A DNA stretch of 64,000 nucleotides, taken from positions 186,001-250,000 of the forward strand of contig NW_020846635.1 of the NCBI RefSeq assembly GCF_003704095.1. The letters are read 5' to 3'. The stretch comes from Pocillopora damicornis. Taxonomy: Eukaryota. A program made the position numbers and the translations under genes. Below the pieces are notes generated by a model, which was given only the letters and a program-made list of their open reading frames with translations, was not told the DNA's origin and made no database searches. Shown here piece after piece: positions 50,101 through 62,200 of the stretch (its first letter is position 1; each line of letters opens with the position of its first letter).

Positions 50101-53100
50101 ATGATCGGCCAGATACGGTTGAACCCCGATCAGCTCTCTGAAAAACTTGGCGCTCTGATTTCTTTTCTTCTTTACTTCTCTCATTAATCACATAAAATAA
50201 AGAATTCACCGCCTTAAAAAGTAGTAACTTACTCTTATTTCCGCGATATTTGCAAGGTGAAGGGCTTTATTCAACTCAGGGTGTTCACTGCTGTAACGCG
50301 CTAGTAGCTCATCAGGGCTACTATGTGCTTTTGTCTTAAAGCACTGTTTCAGTTCTTCTGCTCGGTTCATGTACTGATTCACCTTAAAATTAAACCAAAA
50401 GAGACAGAGGGAGTATGCTGACAATTCTTTGTTATTTCATGAAATATTGTAATCTTACAAAAAGTTCAACGTTTCCATGTAACATTTTCATAAGTGCAAC
50501 TACATTTAATCATTTCATTCCCAAAAGTGATTTAAATGAAATTTCTCCTAACAATGCAAACACATGATCTAGCAAACAGGTGGGGAGAATAGACACACTC
50601 ATCGACTTCATGCAGGTATCAGCTAGTGATAAAACACTAGATTCTCAATACTAAACATATGGATTAAGATGTAAGAGTGGAGAATTGACAGTAATACGTG
50701 TATCACCACCGTATAGAGCTTGGGTATCAGTCAAGATCTATTCTCACTTGTTCCAGGCTCTCAGTCAAAGCAGATGAACACAAAATATGGTGGAATATGA
50801 GATGGCTTGAAGAAACATTTCATAGCCTTTTCTATGAATATCACAACCGCCATGTCTGCTTGCTCACAATTTATTTTTGCTTTGACACTCACTCATCTTT
50901 ACTAACTGAGAGCCTGTCATAAGCCAGATTTATCATCTGGTTGTCAAGGCTTCTTGATTTCATTTTATTTGTTTTATAAGGATAAATTTTAGAACAGGAC
51001 TTCCTGACCAAAATGAACTGACCGATCACTGCTTTACAAATCAAGCAAGGAAAAAAAATGCAAATTTAATCAAACCAGGGAGACTTATCATTTTGACACA
51101 TGATTTTGTGCTTCAATCAAACTTGTTAAATGATCAGTACCGTGGAATGAGAGTCAGTGCATCATAAGATTCAAAAGCTATCGCCAGAAGCTACTGCTTA
51201 GAATTGATATTACAACAAAGAAGGACTTACCCTCTCTCTCAATCTTGTTTTCATCTCTGGGTCCTTTTCATCTAAAAAGGAGAGTGGAATTATCAATTTT
51301 TTTGTTACAACAGCTACATGAACCCCAAACCACCTTTGATTGAGTGTCAATGAAAAGCCAAACCAATAATAGAGCAATAACAAAAGCCAGCCACAACAAA
51401 ATTGAACATCACAAGGAACAAATGGTAACTGCCAAATGAAAAAATTATACACAAATGTATAAAACTGACCTTCAGTGCAGGAAAGTGTTGGTGACAAAAT
51501 TTACCATAACTAACCCCTACTACACCACTCTTACACAACACAACAAACAAACAAGACAATGAATCGGTTTGGGTATCTTTAACTAGCAGCCTCTGAGTGC
51601 TCAAGGAAAGTGCTCAGTGTGAGAGGGAGGGTTAGAAATGACTAGAACAACCACATCCACAAAATGAAATGATCATATGACAACCAAATGTCAGTCAACT
51701 GCTAGCCAGGCACAGCATGGAGGCCTGGAGCTAATTAAGTTATTGCCCTAGGAATACGAAACTCTTAGCCATAGTTTGCCATCTGATTGGGAAAAGGGGG
51801 ATCCTGAGTATTCAAAAACAATCGCAGAGTGCAGGGAAGCAAAACAAGTGCAGCCCCAGATCACTTTCAAAGCTCAAATCAAAATTTCTTTCGACATGAA
51901 TAGCAACTGATAGACATACACTCAATGGCTGGTAAAAAAAAAGCCATAGCTTCACAGTAAAGTTTTGCAGCTCCTTTTAAATCACTAGCATCATCCATTT
52001 TAATGGCCTCAGTCACAAGCTTAACCTGCAAAGAGCATATAAACATACAGTGTAAGATCAAATAGGTAGTTGCATGTACATGTTGCTTAAATGGAAAATT
52101 CAAAACATGGAGTAATCCTGTTGATGAAAATAAAGATTTTTTCAGTCCTGAGAGGTACTTTCATGGAGCATGGAGATGTCATTGTACTATCCACTGGTAT
52201 TAGCCAAACTTTTGGTTTCACTAATTGAGACTTTTTTAAAGAATTCAAAGTCAGGTTATGGGCTTGAAGGGCCATATTACTGTTTAGCATTTCCAGCTCT
52301 CTGTGGCATGAAGCAATTAAGAGTGATGCCACTCCCCCCATGAAGGAGTTGTTGGTCCATCCCAGGGTTGTAACCCCTTCTGCATTTTGTAGGTTTCTGG
52401 GACAGTTTGTTGGTAACCATTATTGCTCCTGGTTGAAACTTGTGGTGTGACAAAAGAGTTTCTTACATAAGAACAAAACACAATGACCAGCCCAGCCATG
52501 CCCAATCCTGATCCTTTCAATCAGGAGTCTATTACACGGACCATGAGGTCACAATAGCTCCCTTTCTTTCCCAGAACTGATTAAAATGTACCTTCTCCCT
52601 ATAATATCCATACACTATCCAGCATTGATGTCATGAGAATACTCAAAATTATCACTCAGAGAGATAGTATTTGTTTTCATGATTTAACTCCAAATTCTTG
52701 TGACTAATTTACAAGAAATGTTTAGCAGCTTGAGGAAAGAATTAACAATCAGATCTTGGGATTTGAAGGGTTAAAAGAAATTGATGAGTATTATAACACT
52801 TACAGCCCTCCCTAAGCAGGATGGTGATGGGACATGTTCTAGATCAAGAAAAGGATGTGCAAAGAAATCCTCAAAGGAGATTCTGTCCATGGGATCTCTC
52901 TGTAGCAAGGCCAACATGAGATCCTGACAATCTTGTGACACTTTGGTCCCAACAGGGAGCTTAAAAGTATAAACCAATTAAATGATTGATGATGTAAACT
53001 TTCTAGCAACAATGAAAATCAAACTTGGCATTAAAAGATATTAAAAAAAAAAGTTTGCCACTGATGATCTCACTTCAAATAAATGGCAACAGCTTAAACC

Positions 53101-56100
53101 AAACAATTAGACGTGACCTTTACCTTGTCAGGAAATGGCACAACTGCGCACAGTTACATAAAATTAGAAAAACAGCTTTTTAATATATTTTTCTCTGGAT
53201 AAAGTAGTGATTTAGGAGAAAGCTAGGGTAAAATCAAGTTAATTTTAGACATTTGCCTTAAGTGGAAACTGTTCATGCTTTACATCCTGTAATCATCAAG
53301 TTTCAATTGAGGTAAAACTTTTGTTAATTATGTCCATTTAACAAACTAAGTTAATTGCCACAAGCTCAGTAGACTCTCTTGGGCAATCATCAACCTAATT
53401 AAGTTCATGTTCACATGAAACATTGCAACGATGTTACAGTTCAATCTTTCAGCTCAAAACCACTTTTGTAGCAAGTGTTTTATAGAGGCACCACAGGGAT
53501 TCTCTGCAGTTGATTTTCAACATTTATGATAACCTCTTCCTTCTACTGATCCAGTCAGTGTTGACCAGTACCTGGAATGGAAGCTTTTGGCTGAATTGTG
53601 AGGATCTACAAAGTAATAGGGTTACGGTGGTATTTTATCTTGAGGCTGGCTAAACACAGTGGGAACTTTTGGATAACCCAGGAAGAATGTAAAGTGCAGA
53701 AGAAACAATGTGAATAAAAGAAACATGAAATCATGCAACAATGAAATCTTTATAGCAGTTTTGTGATCACTACTGGTGTTATCCTTACCTCTATAGGAGC
53801 TGAAGATCGAATCTTCGTTTCAAGTTCTGCAAAAGACCCAGAGGCAAAAGGTGCCACACCAAACAGTGCCTCTTAAAAAGAGTGAAAAAAAAGAGACATT
53901 TATTATTTAAAATAAATATAAAATACCCAATTTTTAATGTTGGTCTACATGTCATGTATTCACTTTTTAATATGTTGTTACATTTCGTAGAAAAGGTTGT
54001 GGTTATTCATCACTGGGAATGTGATTATTCAGTTCCATTTTAAAAAATGTTGTCCCTTGAAAGTACCGGGTATTAAATAAAAAATAATTCCAGATAAAAT
54101 GGAAATTAGTGATTATAAATGCTATTTACTTGCTAGTTGCTCAAATAAACCAAAAAATGTCTAGTGTATGAATCAATATAAACACAATCTCTGAAACAGC
54201 CCACATAGTGTTAAATAGTCCGACTAATTTTTAAATTATTGGTTTAATTGGCTTACAGGAGATGAAAGCAACCAAAACAACAAACAAACAATAACAAAAC
54301 TGAGAAGGAGCAGTCTGTCCAACAGTGACTCACCATAGAGGATAACACCCACAGACCACAAATCTACCCTGGCATCATATTTTAATGAACAGATCATCTC
54401 TGGCGCCTGGTAAAAAAAAAAAAGTACGTATTAATATTAATCATATTAGCTATGAATTCAACCTAATACAAAATAAAAGTGGCCCTAAAACAGATCCTTG
54501 TGGAACTCACACATTGTTTCTGGTTTGGTAGCGCTAGCCAATTGATTTTAACAAAATGCACAATCACGTAATGTCAACAAACCTTAAATTCTAAAATCCT
54601 TGAACATTCCTTCAACCCTTTAACTCCCATGATTGAGTGACCAAGACAGAAAATCTCTTTACAATATCAATACAATATTTAGCAGACAAGTGATGAGAAA
54701 AAAAAAATTAATTAAGGGATTCTTAGTTCATCCAATACCAAATTCTCCAAACAAACATCACAAAAACTATGTGGCAGAAGATAAGGAGAATTTATCAATG
54801 AGATCTTGGGCGTTAAAGGGTTAAATTTAAGTTTCATAACGAGTTCCATACTTTCCACATTGTATTTATTTCTCCATTTATCTATTTACAAAAACCAAGG
54901 CCATTAATTTTTTTGTTAGGTTAGCTCTACTTGGATGACTGATCTTTGCTACAATATCAAATAAAAATGTTATGATAAGAATTTCAGTTGTAATACACCA
55001 AAGAATATTTCTTAACAAGCCTCATCGGCCAACATACAGTACCATGTAAAGAGGAGATCCTCTTAGTGTCCTTGTCTCCTCTCCACTATGTAAATACTGT
55101 GCAAAACCAAAATCTGTGTAAAAAGTAAGTATGTAGGATGGTGAACAAAACAGAATAAGTAAGTTCATCTAACATGGCCTGCCCTGGGTTATAACTTACA
55201 ACAAGCAAAGAACCTGCATGAAAAACAAACTAAAACCTTCTGGATGTGAATTGTGAAGACCCCTTATTTTCAAATCAAAATTGATCTTGACAGGAATAAC
55301 CAATGTGTGATATTCAAGACAAAAATTGAAGTTGGGGTCTATTTTAGAGGAATACATCAATTGAGAGCAAAAATGGAGTTAAAATTTTAAGCAAAAACAA
55401 CAAGTCACCAACAAGCGTTACCTGCCAATTTTAGAACAGGATTTTGTGGGTCTGATAACAGCAAATTCTGAGGCTTAAGATCCATGTGAGCTATGTTGTT
55501 CACATTCAGAAATTGAAGTGCAAGAGCTAAAGAAAAAAAAAATGTCATAATAGACTAAAATTACAATTGCAATTAATTAATTATTATTTACAAAGAAATT
55601 TGAGCCTTAATAGGGGAAGGGTGAGTGTAGTGTTCTGCACCGGATTACTGACAGAAATTTCGCTTTCTTTCTATAAATACTACAGAACTACTTCTTTTCA
55701 AGTCCAAGTTATATGTACCAGGAGGGTAAATATTTGATTATTATTGATTATTATATCATGATATCTCAGAGGTATCTAGATCAATCATCTGTAGAGGCCA
55801 CAGGCTGGGGCAAATAACTCATCAGCAGGACACTTCCACATCATGATATATCTGGAAAATGGCCAAGTTCAATGGTTGTTTTTTCATTCAATTATTGAGT
55901 TAACTTTTTTCTTCAGATAATTTTTCATAAATCATTCTCACACAGTTTAAGAAAGTGATCTGTAATTTACATTCAAAGCGACAGTACTATGATTAAAATT
56001 AATATGTATTTCTTGATAGCAAAACTCAGATGATTCAATTTTAAATCTTAAACAGAATTATATTTTCCTCATATACCTAACTGTTGTAAAAATTTCTTAG

Positions 56101-58172
56101 CAATAGGCTCAGGTAGACCTCTTCTGCTGTGAATAAACCTGGATAAGTCACCACCACTGCAATACTCCATTATGAGGAAAATGTATTGATCATTCCACTG
56201 ATAAAAGAAAAAGAACACACAGATATGAAATGTCAAGAACTGGAGCTTATCTCGTTTGTACAAATTAATGCTTGTGGTAATTGAATGAAAAAATGGGCGA
56301 GATCCATGCAACCTTATCCTCACTATTGAAAAGTAAATTTGAACCAAGGGAAAATAAAATTAGTTCAAGTTAAATGGGAGTTTGGGTTGACCAAGGTCTG
56401 GTTAGCTGATGGTAAATGAATGGAAAAGTGGGGTCAAATTTAAGGGAAATCAGATCTTGTTCAAGTTAGAGGGGGGGGGGGGATTCCTATTGTCAACGTT
56501 CGAGTTGGAGGACTTCTACTGTAGTTCATCACTGCAAATGTTTAACAACTACATTTAACCACTAAAAGAGACTATGCTTACCACAAAGTCTTTCAATTTG
56601 ACAATATGCTCATGATCAAGTTTCTTGAGTAATTCAATCTCAGTGAGTAAATTTTCTGTTGAAGTCTTGCTTAGGGAACTTTTTTGAATGCATTTGATTG
56701 CAACCACATCTCTGGTGTTACCCTATAGAAAGTGAAGAGTAAGAGTGAACAATTTAATGCCCTTTTACTTGTGTGAGCCAGACCAGGACTAAATTTCTGA
56801 ACTGCTAGCCGCCAAATACCAAGGTTCAAATAATGTACACTTTATTCTTCCTATTATTTATCTCTGTACAAGTTCAAATCTATTCGAAATCTAGTAGAAA
56901 TATATATGTTTCTGTCAGAAAGATTGTCAGGATAATCAAGCACATAAAGTAACGTATACATACCCGTTGGTGTCTCAAATTCTGTGACTAGTAGTCATTT
57001 AATTTTGTCTTACTAATAACAGATTGTTACGTCACTTCATAATAATTATGACGATAATTTCAGTAATTTCGTGTCATAGCGAAACAATTTCTCCCTACCA
57101 TATCATTACAAAATCAAGCAAACAAGAGACAAGAATAAAGAAATATATCAATTATGGGATCATTTATTGATCCTATCCCAAATTCTCCAAAATAACATCA
57201 TATGATTTGTATAGCAGACTGTAAGGAATGCTACCAAGGAGATCTTGGAAGTGAAAGGGTTAACTAAATGCCTCAAGGCAAAACTGTCTCCTTGATTTTT
57301 TGCTTGTCTTTGAAAATGCTTAAATATCATATGATCTTTTTATGTAACATTTCATTCAAAACAGAAACAATGTTCAGAACTAACTTCAACTGGCTTCATT
57401 TGATTTTTTATTTTTTTAAAGGCGCGCTCGTGGTAAAAGATATCTCTTTCTTGCCAGCATTCTTTGTGACTTCTTTAATGCAGCAGATAAAAAAATTGGA
57501 AGAGGGCATGAATTCTAATTTTTGGCTTGAATTACTACAATTCACTCTTAAAAAAAAAAAAATTCAAGAGGGATTCAAATCATCCTAGAGTTGTGGAAGA
57601 GAAATGTTGTAAGTTAAATTACACACTTATATTATAATTTTCAACTTTTTGGTATGTGCTTCATTTATCTTCACTCTTAAAATAAGAGACTGATTCCTCG
57701 TTTTAAAAACTGTGTTCAAATTAAAGATAGAAAAGGACTCATTCTCAGATTAGTTCTTCATAAGAACAGTAACTACCATTTCCTCGATGTTCACTTTCAC
57801 TTGCGTTTTGTATGACCGGTTCATATTAAAATTTAAGGGAAGAACGAATCATCGCGAATTATTTTCAAATATTCATGGTGAAATATTTTGAGTAACTGTA
57901 TTTTTAGTAGTTGATGTTTAACTATTGTGAAGCAGCTTCATGCAACTTGAGCTGACAGGGCGGATGAAAGATTGTGAAATTCCGAGTCACTGAAAATGAA
58001 GAGATACTTCTTTATAACAATGTTAAAATAAATTTGGACGCTTCTAAACTGTTACCTTTTTGAATGCCTTATATACAGTTGCGTATGTTCCCTGGCCTAA
58101 TTTCTCGGTGATAACATAATGCTCTAGCCTTGGAGGAGGCACTACTTGAGGAGAACTATAGGTGGCCGCCAT
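41108..58172 (-). CDS. ULK3: Serine/threonine kinase ULK3 (kinase + two MIT domains + C-terminal CaaX)
   Basis: Exons 58172-58056, 56722-56582, 56197-56077, 55526-55422, 55113-55043, 54406-54334, 53871-53789, 52959-52804, 52025-51920, 51271-51231, 50382-50233, [one exon missing, probably in gap 48868-48967], 48853-48813, 48501-48454, 47855-47813 and 41124-41108 are phase-consistent. Motifs: [54 protein letters not shown] helices (YMNRAEELK; YMKRAEEIK). The protein ends ...QPRCVLQ*. Confidence 0.93.
42362..42703. mobile_element. Inverted pair of tRNA-derived SINE heads (palindromic element) in the last ULK3 intron
   Basis: 42362-42460 (minus) and 42617-42703 (plus) each read as A-box (GCT.A....TAGAGCAT.GG), then B-box (GGTTTGATTCC-like), then ...TTTTT..CACGCTC. 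Confidence 0.6.
46909..46933. repeat. (GA)n microsatellite
   Basis: Direct inspection. Confidence 0.75.
49044..49185. mobile_element. Palindromic MITE-like repeat
   Basis: Inverted arms gtgcaatt..tctgaaatcatacttgtgatttcaaa and tttgaaatcaagcgtttgagttcagaccaaattgtac surround cgcgctgcgc. Confidence 0.5.
52265..52550 (-). mobile_element. tRNA-derived SINE (SINE2-type), degenerate
   Basis: The minus strand has a degenerate tRNA-like head, then ggtcattgtgttttgttctt, then ...ggggggagt..tcttaattgcttcatgc.. A short related fragment lies at ~85-135. Confidence 0.45.
54616..54820. mobile_element. piggyBac-like MITE
   Basis: TIRs CCCTTTAACTCCCA and TGGGCGTTAAAGGG, with TTAA at 54821-54824 and TCAA on the left. 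Confidence 0.7.
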
Positions 58173-58319
58173 TTTGTTTGTTTACGATTGAGCCCGCGCG
58201 CGATATCGCTGGTCAAAGAAACTGAAATGACTAGGTACACTTGAAGTGAACAAATTGAATTGAAACTTATTTCAAAAAAATTTCATTAGACCCATCAAAC
58301 TTTAGTCTTGATCGTCGTA
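58173..58319. promoter_or_regulatory. Very short divergent (bidirectional) promoter region between ULK3 and the 131-aa ORF
   Basis: Only 147 bp separate the divergent ATGs. The region has CpG-rich GAGCCCGCGCGCGATATCGC, and a YY1-type CAAAATGGCGGC overlaps the ULK3 start codon. Confidence 0.6.
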
Positions 58320-58715
58320 ATGGTACTTGTAAAGGAGCATATCGCAGAAACATGGCGTAAAATAATTCAAAGCTCCCCGAATAGGCGAGGGAAATCGTGG
58401 GTTGTGTTTCGACATGGAACTTGCGTGATTCTCATGGAAGGGGCGTCTAGCAAAGAGGAAGCAATCACTCAAGCCACGCAGATTATTTCTGAATATGGTC
58501 CCGTTTATGCTGGAACCCCGGCTGGAGATTTTAATATTACTGAAAATTCTGCAGTTGAAGGAATAATCGTGACTGGATGGCATTCAGATGTTCTAAATTA
58601 CGTTGACAAGGATGAACAAGGAGATAACATGATGGTCAGTGCTTTGATCGGAAGGAGCAAAAGGGATCAAGACGGAAGGAATCCTGAAGTTCTGCATGTG
58701 GAATACTCTATTTAA
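58320..58715 (+). CDS. Intronless 131-aa protein resembling uncharacterised bacterial (actinobacterial-type) proteins
   Basis: A clean ORF with globular composition. Motifs WRKII...GKSWVVFRHGTCVIL...EYGPVYAGTPAGDF...IVTGWHSDVLNYV...IGRSKRDQDG...VLHVE recall a bacterial hypothetical family (recognised from memory, no search run). Confidence 0.75.
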   Translation: MVLVKEHIAETWRKIIQSSPNRRGKSWVVFRHGTCVILMEGASSKEEAITQATQIISEYGPVYAGTPAGDFNITENSAVEGIIVTGWHSDVLNYVDKDEQGDNMMVSALIGRSKRDQDGRNPEVLHVEYSI

Positions 58716-59226
58716 GTGATATGGATGAAAACATTTTAAATAAGTGTCGACGAAAATAGCTTTCTTTTTTCAATAGAGCAAACTCAAGGAAGAAGACAAT
58801 ACCATCTGATGGTGATGCACAAGCGAATAAGCCATGTCACGCTCGGAAGTGTGTTAGCATAAATTAATGTAAATTGATGAATAAATTAATGATGAGTTAT
58901 TGCCGGATAGCTGTGGAAATATGTTCCAAAATGACTGTCAAACTCTCAAAAGTTCTCTCAAAAGCTAGCGCGTTTCTGTGGCGATAGTTTATGTAGGGGA
59001 TAGGGGGTGGGGGGAGGGGGGCGGAAGCAAGAAGATTCGTCAGAGATTCTGACCATCATGCGTTTTGGGTTGAAAACATGGCGGACGGACCGATTGAAGA
59101 ATCGTTTGACCGTAAAACTATGCCTTTTTTTCGGGAAAAAATTAGCATACTTTCGCGGAATCATCAAAATACTTCTCTATTGATGTTTTTTTCGAAAATT
59201 GTAGCCTGTTTATAGATTAGATTGAA

Positions 59227-62200
59227 ATGTCCCAGGTCAATTACAAAGGACTACTTCAAATTCACTGCCAAAAATCAAAGGCAGTTCTACCTCACTACAG
59301 CTGCACGGAAAGAATGCAGGGATTTAGCCCTGTTTTCTCAGCGAATGTGGTTGTTTTCGGAAGAAATTTCACCAGTGGAGGCGAATTTAGCAACAAGAAA
59401 CAGGCAGAACAAAATGCGGCCAAAATAGCGCTGCGTGAATTAGGATTGTTGGAACCAAATCTAGACACAAATGAACCAAAATTGCAACAATCTGAGATCA
59501 AACAGCCTTTGTTCGTTGTCGATGGCGCTGAAGTTGGTCAGAATAAATCGTGTGCAAACATAAATCCTCTGTCAACACCAGCAACGGATGAATCCCTGGA
59601 AGATAAACAGCAGACGCCATCAGCTGAAGAAGATTTGCGCTCACCTGTCGCTCAGAGTTCGGCTACATCTGTAGGGAAAGTTTCTTTATCATTTAAAAAT
59701 ATCATTCAGGAGAAAGCACAGAAAATGGGATTGCCTCTTCCTCAATATGAGACTACAGTAGAGGGGTCTGGTTTTGTTTGCACCATGACCTTTAACGGGC
59801 AACAGTTTAAGAGTGAAGGAGTTTCATCCAACAAGAAACAAGCTCAGCAAAGTGCAGCATCAGTAGCTATTAAGCTTTTGAATTTAGAGCAAGGACCTGA
59901 GAAAAAATCCCTGATACAAAAAACTGTAGCACTAGACAGTCAGAGTCCTGTGGTCTCTCCAGAAAAATTTGATGCCAAATTGTCTTACAAGAATCTCTTT
60001 CAGGAGAACTGTCAACAGAGGGGGAACAAACCACCCATTTATGAAACATCATGGAATGGTAATGTATTCTACTGCATATATGCTTGTTGTAAAGATTAAT
60101 TGTCATCAACAGAAATGCCCAAGCCTGAAAGCAGAGCAACAGATGTTTTGTTGTAACTATACTTGTCAGTCATTGTGCAAAGCATGCACTAAGATAGGTG
60201 ATATTAAAAAGTCTCTACATAATGAAGTTTTCTTTTTTTTCCTTCTCTTCCTACCTTATCCTAGTTTAAAGACAAAAGCTCTTGACGGCATTTGGTTACT
60301 TTTTTTTTCTCTTTCATTTTCTTTGTGTGTCTGGCTGTGGTTGTTATTTTTAACAGTGCTGTCATACAATGTATGTACTTCTAATTTTCTATTCCATGAT
60401 GGTGCTTGGACAAATATACATGCATGTTTGTGCACGTATGATCATGACTTAACAACTAATATCTCAGTTTGATTGGCTTCCATATTCTCTTACTTAGTGA
60501 GTTGTATACCAATGTGTTAGCACACAATACATGCACTACATATATCATGGTGTTAAAAAAATACCTAGTGGGTGCATTTATAAAGTTATTATGAAATATT
60601 ACTTGACATCAGGACAGGATTGTTTTAGGTAGAGTTTATGTTTTGCTATGCAATCTTTATGCTCTCTGTTTTTATACATTAGCAGTTGGTTTGAGAAACT
60701 ACAGTAAGATTTCTGAACAGCCCCACACTTCATTACGCATGCAGTTCTTGGATAAAGAAAACAATGGCAAAAATAATAGATTGCCTTTGGGACTATGACT
60801 TTGTTTTACAATAGTATGGGGCTGTTTAGAAATTTTACTGGAATTACAAAAATATTTCTTTCAAGGGACTGGATTTATCAGCCGTGTTCAGTTTGGTGAC
60901 AAGACTGTGTCATCAAAGGTGCCATGCTCCAATAAAAAACAAGCTCAGCAAATGGCTGCCAGGGAAGCCCTGTTAGCTATAGGAGTATCCAATCCAGAAG
61001 ATGCATTTAACAACAAAGAATCAAGAAAATTGAAATCCAAAAGAACTATGCCACAGATGAGTGGATTTAAAAGAACCTGGGTACACTCTCGTGGTGATCG
61101 AGGACAGTTGAATCCATGGTATACTTTGAACTTCTTATACTTAGTAATGATTGGATGAGTGATATCATGATAGCATGATGTAATGGATGATCAAAACCAA
61201 GGTCTGAGTTATCTGCCAAAGCTTAAGGCTGAAGTAGATAATTTAGGCATGAGGGTTAATTCATGGTATCGTGCAAAAACAAAACTGAATGATTGTTTTA
61301 TTATAAATTTTTTAAACAATCTGCAAAAGAGGACACTTCTCTCTGAGTTTCAAAAGTTTGACAATACTATATAAGCAAGGGGCTTGGAAACTATGCAGAC
61401 TGAGTCACCATGACAAATGTCAGTAATATCATTTGCAGATGGTATGCCACACTGTTTGTACTGCATTCATCATGCCAACTTTGCATGCTACTTTATGTTC
61501 ATTGAATGCTCTTGACCAATCAGATTTTCATAGTAAGTCTAATGTATAATTATTAAAATGCTCATTGTCAATAATATCACCATTGAACATTAACCTTCGT
61601 AACTTATGTTTTTAGTAAATAATCTTATCCATTATTATTTAAAATCATGATAATATTTTCACTTTTGTGTTTTTGTGTTATCAGGGAAGAAGTTGACCAA
61701 TCCTGGAATCAGGCAATTATGAACAAAAGACAAAAGCTGGGCACAGATGAGTACCCTCTTAGCAAAGGACAGTTTGAAGGAAGTACATTTGCCCTTCCAT
61801 TAGAACACCGGCAAGATTTGACAGTCGCTGAAATCTGGAAGGAGAAAAAAAACATTGCTGTTGTTGGAGATTCACAGTCATCATTTATTTTGTACTGCAC
61901 AAGAGTTCCTGGGACTTGTAACATTTTCAATACTCGGACCATGTCCCTAGTTTTGCTTGAGCCAGGTGAACTAACAAAAAACACTTTTATTTAACTTAAT
62001 GAAAAAATATGAAATTTTAAGTTGGTATACCATTGGTTTGGTAAACTTAAATAATCATGGCAAATCTGATTTATATGCCACATTCAGTCCTCTAAGCTGC
62101 AACAGGTTTCATGCCATGGTGTCTTTTTGGCAATCAAATTTGCAGCTTAAGTTGCAAATTTGGTAAGTTGTGTATCCACTAAGTTGCTGCTATGTTTATA

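Noticed and set aside
58320-58715. Bacterial contamination as the source of the intronless ORF
   Set aside because: It is contiguous, without gaps, with intron-containing animal genes on both sides and has host-like base composition.
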